Assembly: GCF_009914755.1 (NCBI RefSeq)
Contig: NC_060925.1
DNA length: 64,000 nt
Source of the DNA: the human T2T-CHM13v2.0 reference genome, Homo sapiens
Direction: 5' to 3' (one strand)
In this document: piece by piece, positions 37,489 to 50,475 of the stretch
Position numbering within the stretch: the stretch's first letter is position 1
How the letters are laid out: each line of letters begins with the position of its first letter
Made by a program: the position numbers and the translations under genes
Notes under the pieces: model-generated
What the model was told of the DNA's origin: nothing
Database searches by the model: none
The model's input: the letters and a program-made list of their open reading frames with translations, nothing else

Positions 37489-38915
37489 TGAGAGGTGACA
37501 ACATGCTAGCAACCCTCGCTCGCTCTTGGTGCCTTCTTGGCCTCAGTGTCCACTCTGGCTGCACTTGAGGAGCCCTTTAGCCCACTGCTGCACTGTGGGA
37601 GCCCCTCTCTGGGCTGGCTGAGGCCAGAGTGGGCTCCCTCTGTTTGTGGGGAAGTGTGGAGGGAGAGGCACGGGCAGGAACTGGGGCTGTGTGCAGTGCT
37701 TGCAGGCCAGTTCAGGTTCCGGGTGGGTGCAGGCTTGGCCCCAGGCACTGAGGGGCTTAGCACCTGGGCCAGCAGCGGTGGAGGGTGCGTCAGGTCCCCC
37801 AGCACTGCCGGCCCACCTGCACCATGCTCAAATTCTCACCGGGCCTCAGCTGCCTCCTTGCATCATGCCCGAGCCCCCCCCCCCCCGGACGGTGGGCTCC
37901 TGCTTGGCCTGAGCCTCACCGATGGGCACCGCCCCCTGCTCCATGGCACCCAGTCCTATCGACCGCCCAAAGGCTGAGGGGTGCGGGAGCATGTGCGGGA
38001 CTGGCTGGCAGCTCCGCCCATGGCCCTGGTGCAGGATCCACTAGGTGAAGCCAGCTGGGCTCCTGAGTCTAGTGGGGACTTGGAGAACTTTTATGTCTAG
38101 CTGGAGGATTGTATATGCACCAATCAGCACTCTGTGTCTATCTTAGGGTTCATGGATGCACCAATCAGCAGTCTGTATCTAGCTAATCTGGTGGGGACTT
38201 GGAGAAGTTTTATGTCTAGCTGGAGGATTGTAAATGCACCAATAAGCACTTTGTGTCTAGCTCAAGGTTTGTAAATGCACCAATCAGCACTCTGTGTCTA
38301 GCTAAAGGATTGTAAATGCACAAATCAGCACCCTGTCAAAACAGACCAATCAGCTCTCTGTAAAATGGATGAATCAGCTCTCTGTAAAATGGACCAATGA
38401 GCTCTCTGTAAAATGGACTGATCAGTAGGATGCAGGTGGGGTCAGATAAGGGAATAAAAGCAGGCTGCCCAAGCCAGCAGTGGGCAGCCAGCAGGGGCAA
38501 TCCGCTCGGGTCCCCTTCCACACTGTGGAAGCTTTGTTCTTTGACTCTTGGCAATAAATCTGGCTGCTGCTCACTCTTTGGGTCCATGCCGCCACCTTTA
38601 AGAGCTGTAACACTCACCAGAAAGGTCTGCAGCTTCACTCCTGGAGCCAGCGAGACCACAAACCCACTAGAAGGAACGAACAACTCCAGACGTGCCGCCT
38701 TTAAGAGCTGTAACACTCACAGGGAAGGTCTGCAGCTTCACTCCTGAAGTCAGAGACCACGAACCCACCAGAAGGAAGAAACTCCAGACATATCTGAACA
38801 TCTGAGGGAAGAAACTCTGGACACACCATCTTTAAGAACTGTAACACTCACCACGAGGGTCTGTGGCTTCATTCTTGAAGTCAGCCAGACCAAGAACCCA
38901 CCAATTCTGGACACA
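37489..38915 (+). mobile_element. LTR12 (C/D-like) 3' LTR, complete, with tandem CCAAT repeats in U3 (~38110-38420)
   Basis: polypurine tract agaggggggat, then tgagaggtgaca; repeated gcaccaatcagcactctg; U5 repeats; ends ggacaca. Confidence 0.92.
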
Positions 38916-41690
38916 CTTTCCCTGGCGACCCCGGCGGTCAGTCTCTCGGCCCTGGGCAGCTGAGAAAGCACAAGATGGGACGAGTCGGCCTCTCTCCCTC
39001 TGCTATCCCTCTGTGCTGTGCCCCAGGTACCTCAACGTGACGAGAGCCTCCCCTTCTGCTCGCCACATTGGGCCAGTCTTTCGTGGATGCTCCAATGGGA
39101 CGGAGGCCCATGGCAGGTTGTGACCAGTGAAGGGTGGCTGGTGGCGAGCTCTGCTGTGACAGCTTCCATTGGCATTTGCCATCAGTGCATAGGTGGTTCA
39201 GTGGTAGAATTCTTGCCTGCCACGCAGGAGGCCCAGGTTTGATTCCTGGCCCATGCAGCACGCCCTCCCATTTTGGTGCTGCAGCAGCACCAAGGCGTAG
39301 CTGCGTTCGCCTCTGCCGCCTCCTTACACTCGGGGCACGTGAGCTTGTCCTGCACTGGCTGCGCTCCCACGCATGACGCCCCTCTGCCCTTTCTTCCATG
39401 CCTCTCTTGACTGACTTAAGGATGAGGCTCTCCCCCACCCCCCCACCTGGGTAACAACAATCCCTCCAAACACAATAGTGCACCAGACACCAGCCCTTGA
39501 CAGCCTCCTGGTCCTGTTTCTGTTCATTGCCCTGCCACCACCTCTGCCTGACGCATTTCACTTCAAGGAATACCGCCAGGCACCACAGGGCTTGTAGCCA
39601 CTTGCCCCACCTCTTCTCTTCACATTTCACCACCTCGACCTCTTTCTCTCTCTCTCTCTCTCTCCCTCTCGCTGGCTCCCCACATCCAGAAAATGATGCC
39701 ATGGTTGCCCTTCCAGTAGCAAGGAAGACGCGACTCTGGGGAGTAACTCATCACTTTCCCCTAGTTGGTCACACAGTCCTTAACGCGACCACGTGAGTGT
39801 GCACGTGGCATGTGCACCATCTATATTCAACGTGTTCCAGCTACTCCACACTCTCTCCCCTCATTCTGTCGGCACCACCACCGCCATGTCACAACTCCCA
39901 ACCTAACCCCAATCCACCACTTTAGTCGAGGATGCTGCCTTGTTTCTCTCCCTTGGACCTCTTTTCATCTCAGCCCCAGACACATGCCTGAGACGTGAAT
40001 GTGTATCCTGAAGACGGCTTACTTATGTCTCGGGTCCAGTTGCATTCCCTACCCCTTTGGGACGTGGGATGTCGCCTCCAGTCACTCTGTCACGATGTCT
40101 CTCCCACCCTGGGCTGCTTGCCACCTCACCCCAGCCCCACTCCATACTCTGACAGCCTAGCCCAAACAGCATCCCAGTCTCGCTGGTGGGGGTCCCCTTT
40201 GTCCACACAGACTTCATTCCTTCCCAGACCAACCCTCTGAAAAAGTACTGTTCCATCCAGCCTTCAGGCTCAGCCCTCCCTCCCCTGCCTTTGTCTCACC
40301 CCATCTGCTCTTTCACTCACACACAGACACACACACAAACACACACACACACACACTCTCTCTCTGTCTCTCTGTTTTTCTCTCTCACTCTCAGTGTCTC
40401 TCTCTCAGGCAACTCTCCCTCTTGCAGTCAATGACCCTGTCTCACATGACTCACATCCCCCAGTCCTGGGCTGCTTCAGGTTGTGTCACCAGCTGGCATC
40501 CCTCATACCGCACAGGTAGCCAGCACAGGCAGTTTGGAACATGCCCCAATGCCCTAGGCATGTGACCAACCTCCTTCTGGATGGACAGCCTCGGTCCCAG
40601 ATCTTGCTAGTCAGCCTGTGCACCCCCTGGACACTCTGGACTCTTTCTCCCACCTCCCAGCATGTGGCATGCTTCTGTCCTTTCTTTGGTTTCAGCCCCT
40701 TGCCCCAGTGTGGGGTGGACTCCGGCCACAGGAATGGACACCTTCGTCCATCACTGTCACCCGTTGACATCCACCCACATCACGCTGGCAAGCAAGCTAG
40801 CCTCCCGTGGGGATGGCAAACATCTCTATCCCTGATCGGGTCTGGTCTCTGCGGGTGATCCAACTGTGCCAAGATCCCACGAATGACACGGGACAGGTTT
40901 GTGCAGTTGGTTGGGCGTCTACTTTGACCCTAAAGAGTGTTTTGGCAGTAAGTCGACTGAGCTCTGCTTTTTAGTGAGGGAATCAGCCCCACAAAAAGAT
41001 CAATGCAGGGATAAATAGAGGGTTGGAGAGCTGGGCTGATCTGTTCCAAGGAGGGGATGGGAAGAAATTCCACAGCAAATATAGGTGTTGCAGATAGGTG
41101 CCATCTCCTTATGTTCCTTGCCATTTGGAGAGAAGATAGAGTAGGTGAAGAAATGGGAAATAAATGTCACCTAGATATCTATCTTGAACCCTGACTTTCC
41201 ACACATGCTTTGGTTTGCTTGGCTGTTGGGTTTTCCCCAGGAGCTCCTGTATCTCCGTGCTTCAAAATCCGTTGCCAGGTTGGTCTAACTCTTGGGACTT
41301 CTCAAATTCATTTTCACATCCAGAATAGGTGAGAAACTTAAACTTGTCAACTGTAAGTGGGAGCTTGCATACATGCAGGAACTCTGCCTTGCACAAATAT
41401 AGGCACAGACGCACGTGCAAACAGGCAACTGCTGGCACCTATGCACACCACCTAATCTTATTAGAATGTGTACAATAAACACATAGTAATGGCCAACTAA
41501 CGGGTATATGAAGAAAATGCTCAGTATGTCCAATCATCAGGGAATGTAAATCCAAACCACGATGAGGTGTCATTTTATCCCAGCTAGGATGGCTATCATT
41601 AACCAGAAGGGAAACTAACTGAATTTGGACAGGAGGTCGATAAAAGGGAATACTTAGAAACCTATCTCAGGAAGAAAAATAAGTACAGCC
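38916..41690 (+). repeat. degenerate orphan copy of the array unit (unit positions ~1626-4160) continuing into ancestral L1 sequence
   Basis: colinear similarity to 1626-4160 with CpG loss; L1 ORF2-like aatggccaac...atcatcagggaatgtaaatccaaaccac at ~41490-41690. Confidence 0.92.
39187..39257 (+). tRNA. TRG-GCC4-1: degenerate tRNA-Gly(GCC), probably a pseudogene
   Basis: 6 substitutions versus array Gly-GCC, including C56T in the B box (GGTTTGA); symbol recalled from memory. Confidence 0.8.
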
Positions 41691-41799
41691 ATTAGTGTTA
41701 AGAAAGTGTGTTTATTTCCAAATGGCAGCATGTGCATTAAGAGCTAAGAAAGCATACGTGGAGTCAGTTTAAATGTTAGCTACCTTTCACTTGTTTAAT

Positions 41800-44700
41800 T
41801 CTAGTGCTCTTGTAGGAAATATCAGTTTAGCTAGTTGTGTGCTTGTGCCTGGAGAGAGAAAGACACACGTTCCATAATATTTAGAGTGCCTGCTGCATAT
41901 CCTGCCTGATGGAGTTCTTGCTCCACAAAGGAACTTCCGTCCTTGAAGAGAGTACAATCTGTATCTTCTAGAGGGGTTTCACTGAGATCCTCCCTGGCTG
42001 CAGAGGTCTGTACCACAACTTGCTCACAGTTATCTTTAGGTTTCCCAGTTTCCTAGGGATGGACAGCGGCTGGGTTTAGGTGAGAGCAAGTTTTTAACTG
42101 GATTATAGGCCCTTCTTACAGCAGAGCCTGATATTTAAAGAGCCGTCTGTCCATTAGCCAAAGGTTTCCCCTAGAGGACAGCAATCCTACTACATTACGT
42201 GGAGGTATAAAGAGTTCTGCCATTTCCCAGGGATAATTTGGTAGCCTCTGGTACCAGTAGGACCACTGCTGCTACTGCTCAGAGGCATGCTGGCCATCCT
42301 TTAGCTACCAAATCAAGTTTCTTACTCAGGTAGCCCACTGGTTGTTGAGATGATCTTTAGGCTTGACTTAAAATTCCCAGTGCCATTCCCTTCCTTTCTA
42401 ATATATAAAGATTGAAGGCCCTCCCTATGGGAAGGCTGAGGGCTGGTGCCTTAAGTAAGGCTTGTTTTTGCTGGTTAAAGGCCTTTTGAACTTCAGGTTC
42501 CAAGGTCAGGAAATGAGTTTTAGCCAGCTGAGTTTCTTTTATGAGGTGTTATCAGGGGTGAGCTATCTCACCATACCCAGGTATCCATAGTCTGCAAAAT
42601 CCTGTCATGTACCAAAATCCTCTTAGTTGCTTGAGGGTCTTAGGAAGGGGGAAGGAAGAAATGGGTTCAATCCTTTCTACCCCTAATGCTCTGGTCCCTT
42701 CAGACAACAGTAAACCTAGGTACTTCACTGAGGTTTGGCAAAGCTGCACCTTGGATTTTGAAACCTCATATCCTTTGTCAGCTAGGAAATTAAGAAGAGC
42801 TTCTGTGTCTTCCTGAGAAGCTTCCTCAGTTGGGGCACAGAGCAGGATGTCATCTACATATTGTGAGACCCTGACCTGAGGATGAGAAAACTCAGAGAGG
42901 TCCTTTGATAGTGCCTTTCCAAACAAGTGAGGACTATATTGAAATTCCTGAGGCAGCACCATCCATGTTAACTAGGTTGTTTGGCCAGAACTTAGAAGAC
43001 AAACAGGTATTGAGAGTTAGGATATAATGGTATACAGAAAAAGGCAACCTTTAGATCTAGGACTGTGAACCATTTAGTTCCCTCAGGTATTTGAGTTAGC
43101 AAGGCATAGGAATTAGAGACCACTGGATGAATTGGGACTATGGCCTATTAATGAGGCAGAGGTCCTGAACTACTCTCCATTCCCCATTGGGTTTTTGTAC
43201 TCCTAATATTGGGGTGTTGCAGGTGCTTTTACAGGGTTTGAGGAGGTCCTGCATTTTCAGGTTATTAATAATGGCTTATAGCCCTTTCCTAGCTTCTGAC
43301 TTTAGAAGATATTGTCTCTGGTTAGGAAAATAAGTAGGATCCTTAGGGTTGATCTGGACCGGCCTAGTGGTTAAAGCTCGACCTTATTCTTCCTTCAGTT
43401 GCCCATACTTCTGTATTAATATTAGCTTCCACCAGGGGAAGACAAAGAGTTTCTTCTGGGGCTATAAGGATGCTGGTGGCCATGTGAACTAAATTGTCTC
43501 TACCTAGTAAAGGAGTGGGACTTTCAGGCACAATTAGGAAGACATGTGTAAATAATAGGTCCCCTTAACTGCAAGTAATGGGCTGAGAAAAATATTAGGT
43601 TAGAATCTTTCCTGAGATGCCCATCATGGTCATGCTATGGGAAGATGGGAGGCCTGGATTGGAAAGGAGAAGAGAGAGAGACTGGATCCAGTGTCCAGGG
43701 GAGGTCCACCCTCCTTCCTTCAATTTCCAGAATCACCTGGGGCTCCTGAGCAGAAATGGAAGTTTGAGCCTCTGGAGCCAGGGTTTTCAACTCTGGGACC
43801 CATCAGTCCTGTTGGAGCATCTGTGAGATTGGTTCTGAACCCAGTGACCTCCATCTCTGGGGACAGTCTAATCTCCAGTGGTCCCTGATATCAGCTGGGC
43901 AGGGTTGAGGTAGCTTCTTCTTGCTGCCTGGACAATCTTTCTTAAAGTGCTCTTACTTGCCACACTGGTAGCCACTAGTGGATGCACCTTGGGGATCCTG
44001 GACTTTGCAAGCTTGCAAAGCAGCTACTAGAAACTCTGTCTTTCTCTAGTGTTTTCTCTCTTTCTCCTGGGCCTTTTCCTGGTCCCTATTATAAAAGACC
44101 GAGGTGGCCACTCTCAGGAGGTTTTCCAATGTCCTATCTGGTCCTATAGCCTGCTTCTGCAGTTTCCTTCTAACATTGGGAGCTGCCTGTGTAATAAACT
44201 TGTTCTTTAGGATGAGTTATCCCTCGACTGAGTAAGGGGATAAGCAGGTGTGTTTATTAGTGCATCTCTCAGCTTTTCCATGAAGGCTGAGGGATTCTCA
44301 TCTGGCTTTTTGTCTATTCATGAACAGTTTAGAGTAATTAAGAGGTTTGGCCCTAGTTCTTTGTAGGCCCTCCAATATGCACATTAAAAAGTGTTTCCTT
44401 TTCCATTCATCTTTGGAGTCACTGGAGTTCCATTCAGGGTTGTCAAGAGGTACCACCTCTCTTCCTATTGGGAATGATGATTCCCCTATTTCTTTGCCTT
44501 CCATATTTTCTCTTTTCCTTTTTGGCCTACTATAGGAGACATATTCCTCATCTCCAAACTTCTCTGCTGTCTGTAGAGCTGACTGTTTTTCAGCTGTGGT
44601 TAGGGTTTGGCTTAAGAGCAGCATAATGTCCCTTTATGTGAGGTCAAACACCTGAGTTAAATTTTGGAAAGTTTATATATACCTACCAGGGTCATTAGAG

Positions 44701-47198
44701 AATCAGCCTAAGTCTCCCTTCATTTGCCTAAGGTCCTGTAATGACAAGAGAACTTGAACCCTAAGATGGCATCACCTTCATTGGGCATTTCATGTAGGGG
44801 TAAGAACAAAGTTGGGAGAGTGGGGAGTTGTGGAGATGGTAGAACTGGAGGAGCTGATGAAAATGTTGGAGGGGGCTCTGAATAAGGGGGACAAAAAGGG
44901 CCAGGACACTCAATCACTGCCTCAGATGGTTCCCCCAGGAGTTGCTTCTCTAATTTTGGGGAATCATTCCCTTTGGGCCTGCCTGATATGACTACTAAAA
45001 TAACTGGGTCGATTGTTCAGTGCTTGAAAAAGTCTAATAAGAAGGCCCTGCCCTTGTGCAAAAGCAGAGTTTCAGGGTCAAAGGAGTCTCAGTGCTTTAG
45101 AATACACTCAAAAGGAGTCCTTTGTTCCCTCCTTCCTTTGGAATGGCCCAAGGTTGAGAGGAAGACAGTGGGGGCATGCTCCCAACTGTTTTCCCTCCTT
45201 GGTTCCCTGGGCCCTGGCATCCACTAAAGGTGCCACCCATGGATGCAGGCATGACCTGCAGCCATGGATCCAGAGGAGCCAAATGATGGAGTTAGTCATG
45301 CTCACCCATGTGACTCTAGTCCGCTTGTGATTTCCCTTTGACTTCCTAGACTTGTGTGATCCGTATGGCTCCCCGATAGATAGACCTCAGGAAAGACTAT
45401 GTAACAGTTGTATTTGGCAAGGCCCATTAATGAAGGGAATGTACTTAGTTGAGTTCTATAATCTGCTATTGTGGCCTAAGAATAAAGCATTTATTCTTAG
45501 GCAGTGGTTGTGGTTAACTTCTGGACATAAAATCTCCTTATTATTTAAGTACCATTTTAGTTGGAGGAAAATAGGTGTCTTAAAAGATTGTAGGGACCGA
45601 ATGGCGGTTTTTCTGCTGATGTAACAGTATTGGGGCTAAAATTTGGTTTTAGAGGACATTTTTCTCTCATTGTTGAGTTTTCCTATTCATAGATGGGACA
45701 TACAGCCTGGTCTCTAGTAGAGGGGAGCAAAAAGGGAGAAGAATTAGAAAATAGAGTGTTTCAGTAAAGGGCTTTGCCAAGATGGCTCATGGAGAGGATT
45801 TCTATTCCACTAGGTGGCGCTGTTTAAATACCAAGTGCTCTCCAAACCAAGGGGAGAGAGAGAGATGTTCACTGGGGGCAAGGGTGGGGTGGTGGTGCGA
45901 AACTTTTTGTTCCTAGAAAAATCACAAAAATGGCATTCCCTTTAGCTATATTCCTGGTTACGATGGCATTTGTTGATCTTGACTAACAGGATTATTTTCC
46001 TGAGCTGTATGAATTCCCACAGCATTGCATACAGAGACTGGATAAGAGACATGGTGATTACGGACAAGAAAGCAGGAAAATTGCCATAGGAAAAGCTGGA
46101 GATCCTGTTGCTGACACCCAACAGTGTGGCAGTTGGAGGCTTGGGTTACTCCAGAAGCCTTCAGGTAATACAGGGGTGTGGCCCTTGCCTGGAACCATCA
46201 GTTGCCTCTGGACCTTTTCCAGCCCAACATGACAGCTAGGATCTCCATGAAAGGAAACTGGTTTAAACAGAGCGAACTTTCCCAGCACTCTGAGGCCACT
46301 GGGGTGTTTGCCAAGATCCTCCCACCAAGTGTGTCATCTGAGTCTTGAGATCCGTGGCCACCTTAAAGGTTTTAAACTGGCCATCAGACACTCAGTTTTT
46401 AGTTTAATTTTAAAATTGAGGGCAGAAGGCCCTGAAATGAAAGTAAATATTTGGAGTCTGCTCCTATACTCACCCTTCTGATGAATCTACTTTGGATCCT
46501 AGATGGGCCCCCACAATGAAATGGCCTCATTGTCTGAGGTGATACCCAAGGTCCGTTGTCTCACAGTCAAGGAAATCAAGGACGTGAACACACAGAGAAT
46601 GAGGTTAAGAGCAGAAGTTTAATGGGTGAAAGAAAAAGAATACCTGTCTGCTGGAGAGAGGGGTCCCAGAGAAATCAGTTTCCAGATCTGCAGTGAAATG
46701 CAGGGGGTTTTATAGATACCTGGTGAGGAGGCAGTGTTTGATTTACATGGGGCATTAAAGATTGGTTGGACTAGGTCTACCATTTGCATAGGGTGCAAAA
46801 AACTGGTTAGGACTAGGTGTGCCATTGCCTAGGATGCAAATTTCTGGCCGCTCCCACTCTAATCTTTTATTATGCAAGTGGGTCTTCTTCCTGAGCTGGG
46901 CCATGTCGCCTGTTCCTTTACTGTACATGTGGTAACAAAAAAAAACATAAAGGAAGATGGAGCCTGAATGTTGGATATGCCTGGCCCCCGGGTAGCCCTT
47001 TTCTATTGGCACAGCTGCTGGCATTCCCCTGTGCAAGCTTCCAGCTTGCTTATGTATGTTTGCAGCTCAATGTTTTAGGCTGCTCTTTGTTAGGAAAAAA
47101 TAATTTCTTGGGCTGATTTCTCTTAAAAGGAAAGCTCTGCTGAGGACTCTTTTACCTTCACTATCTGCCTAAATAATTTCTTTCTGCCTCCTGTATCA
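41800..47198 (-). mobile_element. ERV1 provirus, HUERS-P3/LTR9(MER61)-like; 5' LTR, PBS, gag and pol to RNase H; 3' end missing
   Basis: minus-strand gag (44298-44624), RT LPQEF...YVDD (42552-42962), RNase H DGSSFV (41831-42016); Pro-type PBS tgggggcccatctaggat at 46513-46496. Confidence 0.8.
46517..47198 (-). mobile_element. LTR9/MER61-family 5' LTR
   Basis: reverse complement begins tgatacaggaggcagaaagaaattatttaggcagatagtga and ends tttca before the PBS. Confidence 0.75.
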
Positions 47199-47749
47199 TC
47201 GTGGCCACCAGTGGACCCACCACAACCACCACCATCATGACCACTACCATCAGCACCACACACTGTCACTTGCATCTGGCCACTGAATGGGCCAGGTCTC
47301 TCCAGCAGCACTGCTTCCACAAAGCCAAGCCTGGTGGCTGATAGGCGGCTTCTCTCTCAGCTGGGAGAGATCTGTGCCTAATGGTTGGGCCACTTGCAAG
47401 AGCCACTCACGCCAGCAAGCTCTTTTCCAAGGCATACCAGACCCTGAGCCCAGGGTTCATGATTGGGCTCCACATGTGTCAGCAGCTTTGGCAGGGATGG
47501 CAGCAGAACTTGAGAAGCTGAGACCATGTGCTATGGTGCTGGGGAGGAGGAGATGTGAAAACAACTCTTTTAGCATCATAATGTTTTTCTTCATCTGGAC
47601 ATGATATTAATGAGATTCCTGTGATATGCTGTAACGTGTAGATTGTGTAGTGATCCAGTGAGGGGATATAGGACATCCATCCTGTGGGTATCTGTCATCT
47701 CTACCTGTTGGGAACATCTCAAGTGCTGTCTTCTAGCTCTTTGGAAACA
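47199..47749 (-). repeat. inverted degenerate copy of array unit ~4997-5525
   Basis: reverse complement contains caacaggtagagatgacagatacccac, atgaagaaaaacat and ggcccaaccattaggc as in the unit. Confidence 0.9.
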
Positions 47750-47751
47750 CA

Positions 47752-50475
47752 CTCTAGTAGAGTTAAGTAAGTAGAGATAAGTAAGTAGAGATAGGTAGGG
47801 ACAGACAGGGACAGATAGGGATAGATAAAGACCAGCAAAGACTTGGAATATAAGGTCAGTGCCCCAAAGAGGTACAAAAGTAGAGACTAGCAAAGACTAG
47901 CAGAGATTTTCAGGGACAGATAGGGACAGATAGGGTCCTATAGGGACTTGAATGAGGAAGGTCTGCTGGAACAGAAAAAATTAAAGAACAGAAAAAACTA
48001 AAACCAACCAGATAAATGAGAAATCCCGTTACAAGTCTGCCGGCAGCAACATAAGGTCATTGCTCTAAAAAGGTACTGGTCAGTGCCCTAGAGGTACAAA
48101 GAATGGGAATTTTTTTAATCAGGGTAACATGAGGAAGAATTTGGTTATTTCTTTTCTCTTTTTTGTTTGGAGTTTGGTACATACCATCTTCTTGTCATTA
48201 TTTCAGGGTTTAAGATAATTGTTTTGCCCCACCTATAGCACCTATAGAAAGTAGTGAACAGGAGAGGGAGAATGAAAATTGGCTTGTACCATCTTTTATG
48301 GCTACAGAAAGGCTAACTTTAGCTTTGGCTTTCGTGGATTGTAAACGTGTGCTGGCACCTGTGAGGTGTGCAGAGGACTTGGGAGGTTTTCTCCGAGCTT
48401 GTCAAGAGGTGGGAACTGAGCTTCATTGCTCTGCAGTATTGACTCAGGAAATGGCTACTTTGGTAACTGACAGATCTAAAAGAAGCCAAGGGTCAAACCC
48501 TAAAGTGGGAAAGTGTTATAAGTATAGAAAAATTGGACACTTCAAAAAAGAAGGCTGCCAGACCTCTGGGAAAAAGGGATCTTATAGTTCCCATCTTAAC
48601 AGAAAAAACACCAGGACTTTGCCCTCCTTGTAATAGTGGAAATCACTGGGCTAATCAATGCCACTCAAAATTTCATCAAAGTGGCATCCCCCTGTTGGGA
48701 AACGAGAAGGGGGTCTGGACCCAGGTACCTCAAACTATGAAGGCATTCCCTGTCCAGGCCACAACTTCATCTCAGGGTGGGTTTCCGGAGGCACATTGGT
48801 TCCCTCTCCCTGGGAACACCTGGAAACACAGTATTAGCTCTCCTAGATAGAGAACAAATTATGTTAACTAGAGGAAACAAACTCACTAAGATTCCCATTG
48901 GTATTTGGGGATCTTTGCCAACAAGATACATGGGATTGATTTTGGTAAAAGCTGTCTTACAGGCCCAGGAGTTGTTGATTTTGATCGTGAAGGAGAAATT
49001 CAGGTAGTGGTAATGTCACAAGATCTTTGGGTTTTTGAAACAGGAGAGTGTATTGCTCAGTTGTTGCTTATTCCCTGTAAATTGTATCGTTCTCTACCCA
49101 AGAAGAAAGAGGAGGTCAGGGATTTGGAAGCACACCTAAGAGATTTATCTATCACAATGCATAGCATCTCACAGACCCACTTGTGCAGTGTAGATTGAAG
49201 AAAAGTTTTGTGGGCTTATGGATACGGGAGCAAGAGACTGGTCTCTCGTGGTAATAGATCTTGAAGATTATTTACGAGAAGGAGAAGTCTTCATTTGCTT
49301 TTTCTGTGTCTTCTGTTAATCAGAAAGATCCTGTCTCTTCTGTGGAAAGTTTTACCCTGCAGTAATTAACCAAAGAGGCAGAAGCTGAGTTTTACAGCTT
49401 GTAGAACAAATGCTCAGCAACGGCATGCCTCCTGGCTACAGCCACAAGAGCCTTTGCCTTTGTTTCAGTAGATTTACTAACGTGGGGATGAGGGTATGCT
49501 TGTGTCCTTACAGAAGATGAACAAACCATGTGGGTGCCCTCAAGGTGTGTATGACCATGGAATGGGAGACTGGAAGGACCCATGGATCCCAACCATGGAC
49601 CTGGTTCCCCAGTATGAGCCATGAACCACTTGAATTTGAATGCGAAGATGAAACGAGGACCAACCGGAGTCATGCTGACATCAACCCCGATAACATGGGG
49701 ACAGATCAGGAAAACCACACAGGAAGCTGAGAAACTGCTGGAGTGCCAGGGTTTCACCTTTTGCTGGAACTCAGAGGTACGATCGATGCTTAACAGACCA
49801 ATGCTTTGTGACTGAGCTCCTCTCTACCCTGAAAACAAGAGACCCTAATAGGCAGGAATATAATCACCTCTATTCAGCATGAAGAAGTTGCAGAAGATGG
49901 ACCTTCATCCTTCTGCAACCCTTAGGATTAAGGGTCCTCTAGTAAAAGGGAAGGGGGAGATATGTAAGAAGCATTCAAACCAGAGCAACTCTATTTTGAA
50001 TAAGGGCTAAGAAAAATGAAGCTGGATCACCAACCGGCAATTAAGGGTTACACAGCCTGCAATTGCCTTGCTCAATTAATTTAAAAACAAAAAGGAGATA
50101 TTGGAGGCCGCACAAATGTTTCTTATGATTAGGCATAATTGAAGCCTGTCAGTAACAACATGAACCTGTGATCAGTTAAGCAGCCGACAAATCATTACCT
50201 CATCCTCCTTATCTTGTTACCCAATCAATACGACGGGCTGTAGAAACTCAGGGGCTGCCCTTGCTCACTAGAAGCAGGGAGCTCTCTTCTTCTTCCCCAG
50301 TTCCCCTTTCTTTAAGATCATTTCTTTTGTTTTTTATCATTTCTGTGTTTGTCCCTTTGTTCAGTTGTAATGATGGTCAAGTGGTAACCGTAGTAACTGC
50401 TGTACCTTTGGTCTCAAGCAGTAACAGTAGTAACTGCTGTAGTGATGGTCTCAAGTAATAACTGTAGCAGTCACA
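47752..50475 (+). mobile_element. betaretrovirus-like ERV (HML-6/HERVK3-like), internally deleted, no 5' LTR; LTR3-like 3' LTR ~50099-50475
   Basis: gag with two zinc knuckles (CYKYRKIGHFKKEG; CPPCNSGNHWANQC), dUTPase-like GVVDFDREGEIQV...IAQLLLIP; purine tracts before 49961 and 50099, so the LTR start is uncertain. Confidence 0.72.

Larger units (their letters stand above)
31449..38915 (+). mobile_element. HERV9 (ERV9/LTR12) defective provirus: truncated 5' LTR, PBS, gag-pro-pol (no integrase), env TM remnant, full 3' LTR
   Basis: LTR ends ccaattc(c/t)(a/g)gacaca at 31837 and 38915; gag MGNTQASTGSPLK; RT LPQGF...YVDD; env [16 protein letters not shown]. Confidence 0.93.

Noticed and set aside
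38040-38430. Regularly spaced direct repeats resembling a CRISPR array
   Set aside because: Standard LTR12 U3 CCAAT tandem repeats; no unique spacers or cas genes; primate context.
47752-48110. Purine-rich gggacagata/gtagagata tandem repeats
   Set aside because: Lie in the leader of the HML-6-like ERV and are most likely a family feature.
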